From: Candidatus Sumerlaeia bacterium
GTDB lineage: Bacteria; Sumerlaeota; Sumerlaeia; SLMS01
DNA length: 10,824 nucleotides
Direction of reading: 5' to 3'
Assembly (NCBI GenBank): GCA_038208905.1
Contig: JBBQYG010000143.1
Location: 1 to 10,824 of the forward strand
The notes beneath the pieces were generated by a model. The model had not been told where the DNA came from. It saw only the letters and a program-made list of their open reading frames with translations, and searched no databases. Of this stretch, positions 8,323-10,824 are shown in pieces. Each line of letters starts with the position of its first letter. The first letter of the stretch is position 1. A program made the translations under genes and the position numbers.

Positions 8323-10533
8323 CTACCGGCGCGACTCCGCCAGCTTGTCGGCGGCGTCAACCACGCCGTCGCCGTTGCGGTCGTCCTGCGCGTTGGTCGC
8401 CACGATGCCCAGAATTGCGGGCGCGGGATCGCGTGGGATGGGGGGAAGGTTGACGTAGCCATAGGCGCGAAGGCGCCAGGACTTCAGCGTCCCCGTGTCG
8501 GCGGGCAGGCGGTCCGCGAGGCGTATATACCACTCCCCGTTGGGGTTCTCCCCCCAGTTGGCAACCGACATCATCGTCCAGTTGGAGATGTTCTGGTTGA
8601 AGTCGGGCTGGCGCGTCTCGATCAGGCGGGAGACGGTGCCGTAAGGCGAAACGAGCGCTAGCTCCAGGTCGCCGCGATACTCGTGTGTGATGTCCACGGT
8701 GACCTCCACGTGCTCCACCACGAAATTCGGCGGGGCGTTGAGCGTCGCGAAGCGCACAATCCCTGTCGAGCTGTTGTCGGGAATCGCGACGCTGTCGAAC
8801 GATGCGAAGTCGATTGGGCCCGATTCTGCGGGCACGTTGGTCCAGCCGATGGCGGCCTTCACGGCCTCTCCCGCGTTCACGCGGCCAAAGCCATAGGCGG
8901 CGTCGAAATAGCGCCCGGCTCCGTTGCGCTGCCAGCCCGCGTCGCCGGGGTCGATGCGGTCGGCGGTGTTGGCGAGGAGGTGCTGCACGTCTCGCCAGCC
9001 GAGGCCGGGATTGGCGTGCAGCATCAGCGCCACCAGGCCGGAGACGATCGGCGTCGATGCGGAGGTGCCGCTGAATCCCGCGTAGTAGTCGCCGGAAACG
9101 TAGCCATTGTTCCCCGTGCGGTCCGTTGTCGTGATGCCAACCGAGCCGCCGGCGCCGCAAGACCCCGCACTGGACGGCGCATTCACGAGCATCGACGCGC
9201 CGGGCTCGCTGTAGTAGCCGAATCGCTCGTCGGGGCCACTCGCTCCCACCGCAATCGTGTAGCGGCTGGAGGCGTATCCATCGTAGTTCACGTTGTCGCT
9301 GTTGCAGCGGCCGTTCCCCGCCGCCCACACATACACGGTGCCAAGACCACCACGGCCATTGCGCGCGCCGTTCTCCAGCGCAGCGCGCATCAGCGGACCC
9401 GGTCCCTCGAAGTCGGTGCCCGTGTCGCTGGGTCCCCAGGAGTTGTTGCTGACGTGAATCTGGCCGGACGAATCGGGCGCCGACACCCGGTGGCTGGCGG
9501 CCTGCGCCTCCTGATCGTCGCCGAAGTTCCTGTCACCCGATAGAAGGCGAATCCCAACGATTCCCGAGTTGTAGGCGACCCCTGTGACACCGAGACCGTT
9601 GTTGCCGCGCGCGGCGGCGAGGCCGGCCACGCTGATCCCGTGGCGGTCGGCGGAAATGTTGGCCTCGGGGCTCTGGTCGCCGTCGATGATGTCTATATCG
9701 ATATCCGTGCGCATGTTCTGCGCGAGGTCGGGATGGGCCGACTCGATGCCGTCGTCCACGATGCCGATGTTGATGCCCGTGCCGGTTGCGTAATCCCACG
9801 CCTCCGCGGCGTTGATGTCGGCGCCAAGGACGCCAGCGACCTGCCCGGTGTTCCGCAGGTGCCACTGCTGGGAAAAGATCGGGTCGTTGGGAACGAAGCG
9901 CGTCTGCCTCGGGCGCGCGATCAGCGGCGTGGCCCACTTCACATCGGGCATTGCCGCCAGCGCGTTCGCCGCGTCCAGGCTCGCGGTCAACGCCTTGGCC
10001 TGCGCTTCCAGTATATACGTGTCGGGGCTGTAGGTGACCGACTCAAGGATGCGGGCGCCCGCGCGGGCTGCGATCTTGGCGGCGTCGGCGCCGGGGGCGA
10101 AGCGCGCGCTGATGCGCCGCGTCAGAACCTGACGCGCGCCATCGGCTCCCCTGGTGGCGCCGGGGGAGTAGAGCACCGCGAATACCTCGCGCGCGGGGTC
10201 GGTCGCGCGGAGCACACTTGCCATCGACTCCGCGTCGTCAGCGGACTTCATGGTGACGTAGGTGTATCCGCGCGAGTTCTCCTCGCCGATAGCGAGGCCG
10301 AGGGTTGCCGCGTCGCGCGAGAGCGCGCCCTTGGCACCGCTCCCCCCGCGGATCGCCAACTCGTTCTGCGCGATCAGCAGGTCGATGCGGCGCCCCTCGT
10401 CCATGTAGGACGCGGGGAGTGTGTTGGCGGGCTGCGCGGGGCGCACCTTCTGGGCCGGCGCGGCGCCGACCATCATCGCGCCGACGGCCAGAATGCAAAG
10501 TCCCCGGCGGATGCTGCTTGTTCGACGGTTCAT
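8323..10533 (-). CDS. Secreted kexin/furin-like S8 serine protease with prodomain, proprotein-convertase P-domain and C-terminal dockerin/EF-hand-like motif
   Basis: Catalytic Asp (GIVDDG), His (DRHGISVAG), oxyanion Asn (WAAGNG), Ser (FSGTSASTP); SWGPSD, YDGY, YSE, YGFG; P-domain VEHVEVTVDITHEYRGDL...WGENPNGEW...GTLKSWRL; tail DRNGDGVVDAAD. Preferred start ATG 10533 (MNRRTSSIRRGLCILAVGAMMVGAAPA|Q signal peptide) with SD GAGGA. The track's start at 10596 overlaps a REP unit. Confidence 0.93.
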   Translation of the reverse strand: MNRRTSSIRRGLCILAVGAMMVGAAPAQKVRPAQPANTLPASYMDEGRRIDLLIAQNELAIRGGSGAKGALSRDAATLGLAIGEENSRGYTYVTMKSADDAESMASVLRATDPAREVFAVLYSPGATRGADGARQVLTRRISARFAPGADAAKIAARAGARILESVTYSPDTYILEAQAKALTASLDAANALAAMPDVKWATPLIARPRQTRFVPNDPIFSQQWHLRNTGQVAGVLGADINAAEAWDYATGTGINIGIVDDGIESAHPDLAQNMRTDIDIDIIDGDQSPEANISADRHGISVAGLAAARGNNGLGVTGVAYNSGIVGIRLLSGDRNFGDDQEAQAASHRVSAPDSSGQIHVSNNSWGPSDTGTDFEGPGPLMRAALENGARNGRGGLGTVYVWAAGNGRCNSDNVNYDGYASSRYTIAVGASGPDERFGYYSEPGASMLVNAPSSAGSCGAGGSVGITTTDRTGNNGYVSGDYYAGFSGTSASTPIVSGLVALMLHANPGLGWRDVQHLLANTADRIDPGDAGWQRNGAGRYFDAAYGFGRVNAGEAVKAAIGWTNVPAESGPIDFASFDSVAIPDNSSTGIVRFATLNAPPNFVVEHVEVTVDITHEYRGDLELALVSPYGTVSRLIETRQPDFNQNISNWTMMSVANWGENPNGEWYIRLADRLPADTGTLKSWRLRAYGYVNLPPIPRDPAPAILGIVATNAQDDRNGDGVVDAADKLAESRR

Positions 10534-10595
10534 TCGTTCCTCGGGATGACTCACAACTTTCCTAATCGATGCCAGAAGCGGGCCAGTAGGCACCA

Positions 10596-10622
10596 CGCGG
10601 GCGAGACGCCCACGCCACCCTT
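10596..10622 (-). repeat. Single REP-like unit, same family as 7257-7328
   Basis: CGCGGGCGAGACGCCCACGCCACCCTT is 24/27 identical to 7302-7328. On the minus strand it reads AAGG-GTGG-CGTGGGCG-TCT-CGCCCGCG directly after the upstream gene's TAG. Confidence 0.8.
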
Positions 10623-10824
10623 CTAACTGATCCCGCCTTCGCCCGCGGGGTTAGCCTTCCGGCAAATAAACAGCACGTGGGGATAGGGGAGCAGGTCCAC
10701 CATGTGGTGGAGCTTCACGTCGAAGCCCTCCGCCGCGATCATGTCGGCCATGCGGTAGTGGTGGTAGTAGCACACCGGCGTGCGGGGATCCATTGCCTTG
10801 TCCATCAGCCATGTGAAGGCGGCC
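10623..10824 (-). CDS. C-terminal part of a probable class I SAM-dependent methyltransferase (5' end outside the window)
   Basis: The frame is open to the window edge: ...AAFTWLMDKAMDPRTPVCYYHHYRMADMIAAEGFDVKLHHMVDLLPYPHVLFICRK...*. The helix-'GF'-strand...terminal strand 'HVLFICRK' pattern is typical of class I MTase C-termini, but the SAM-binding motif is not visible. Confidence 0.55.
   Translation of the reverse strand, partial: AAFTWLMDKAMDPRTPVCYYHHYRMADMIAAEGFDVKLHHMVDLLPYPHVLFICRKANPAGEGGIS

Overview
High-GC bacterial chromosomal window, mostly minus-strand genes. Left to right: 5' part of pdxB (runs off the left edge), recA, a stand-alone small-type purL, a secreted 483-aa hypothetical protein with an NPF-repeat linker, and a ~289-aa mostly low-complexity hypothetical protein. 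Then come a divergent M55 D-aminopeptidase (DppA family, + strand), a convergent secreted kexin/furin-like S8 protease (P-domain plus a C-terminal dockerin/EF-hand-like tag) and the 3' end of a probable SAM-dependent methyltransferase. No rRNA, tRNA, CRISPR array or transposase is seen. The most unusual items are the two uncharacterised proteins, the furin-like protease with an R-x-x-R prodomain junction, a nested inverted-repeat element with 9-nt periodic ATGGAC/GTCCAT units upstream of purL, three copies of a GTGG-type REP-like palindrome, a candidate direct-repeat LexA operator over the recA -35, and a recurring CANNNT -10-like promoter pattern. The dockerin-like tag hints at Candidatus Sumerlaeota (BRC1) or a similar lineage; this is inference only.
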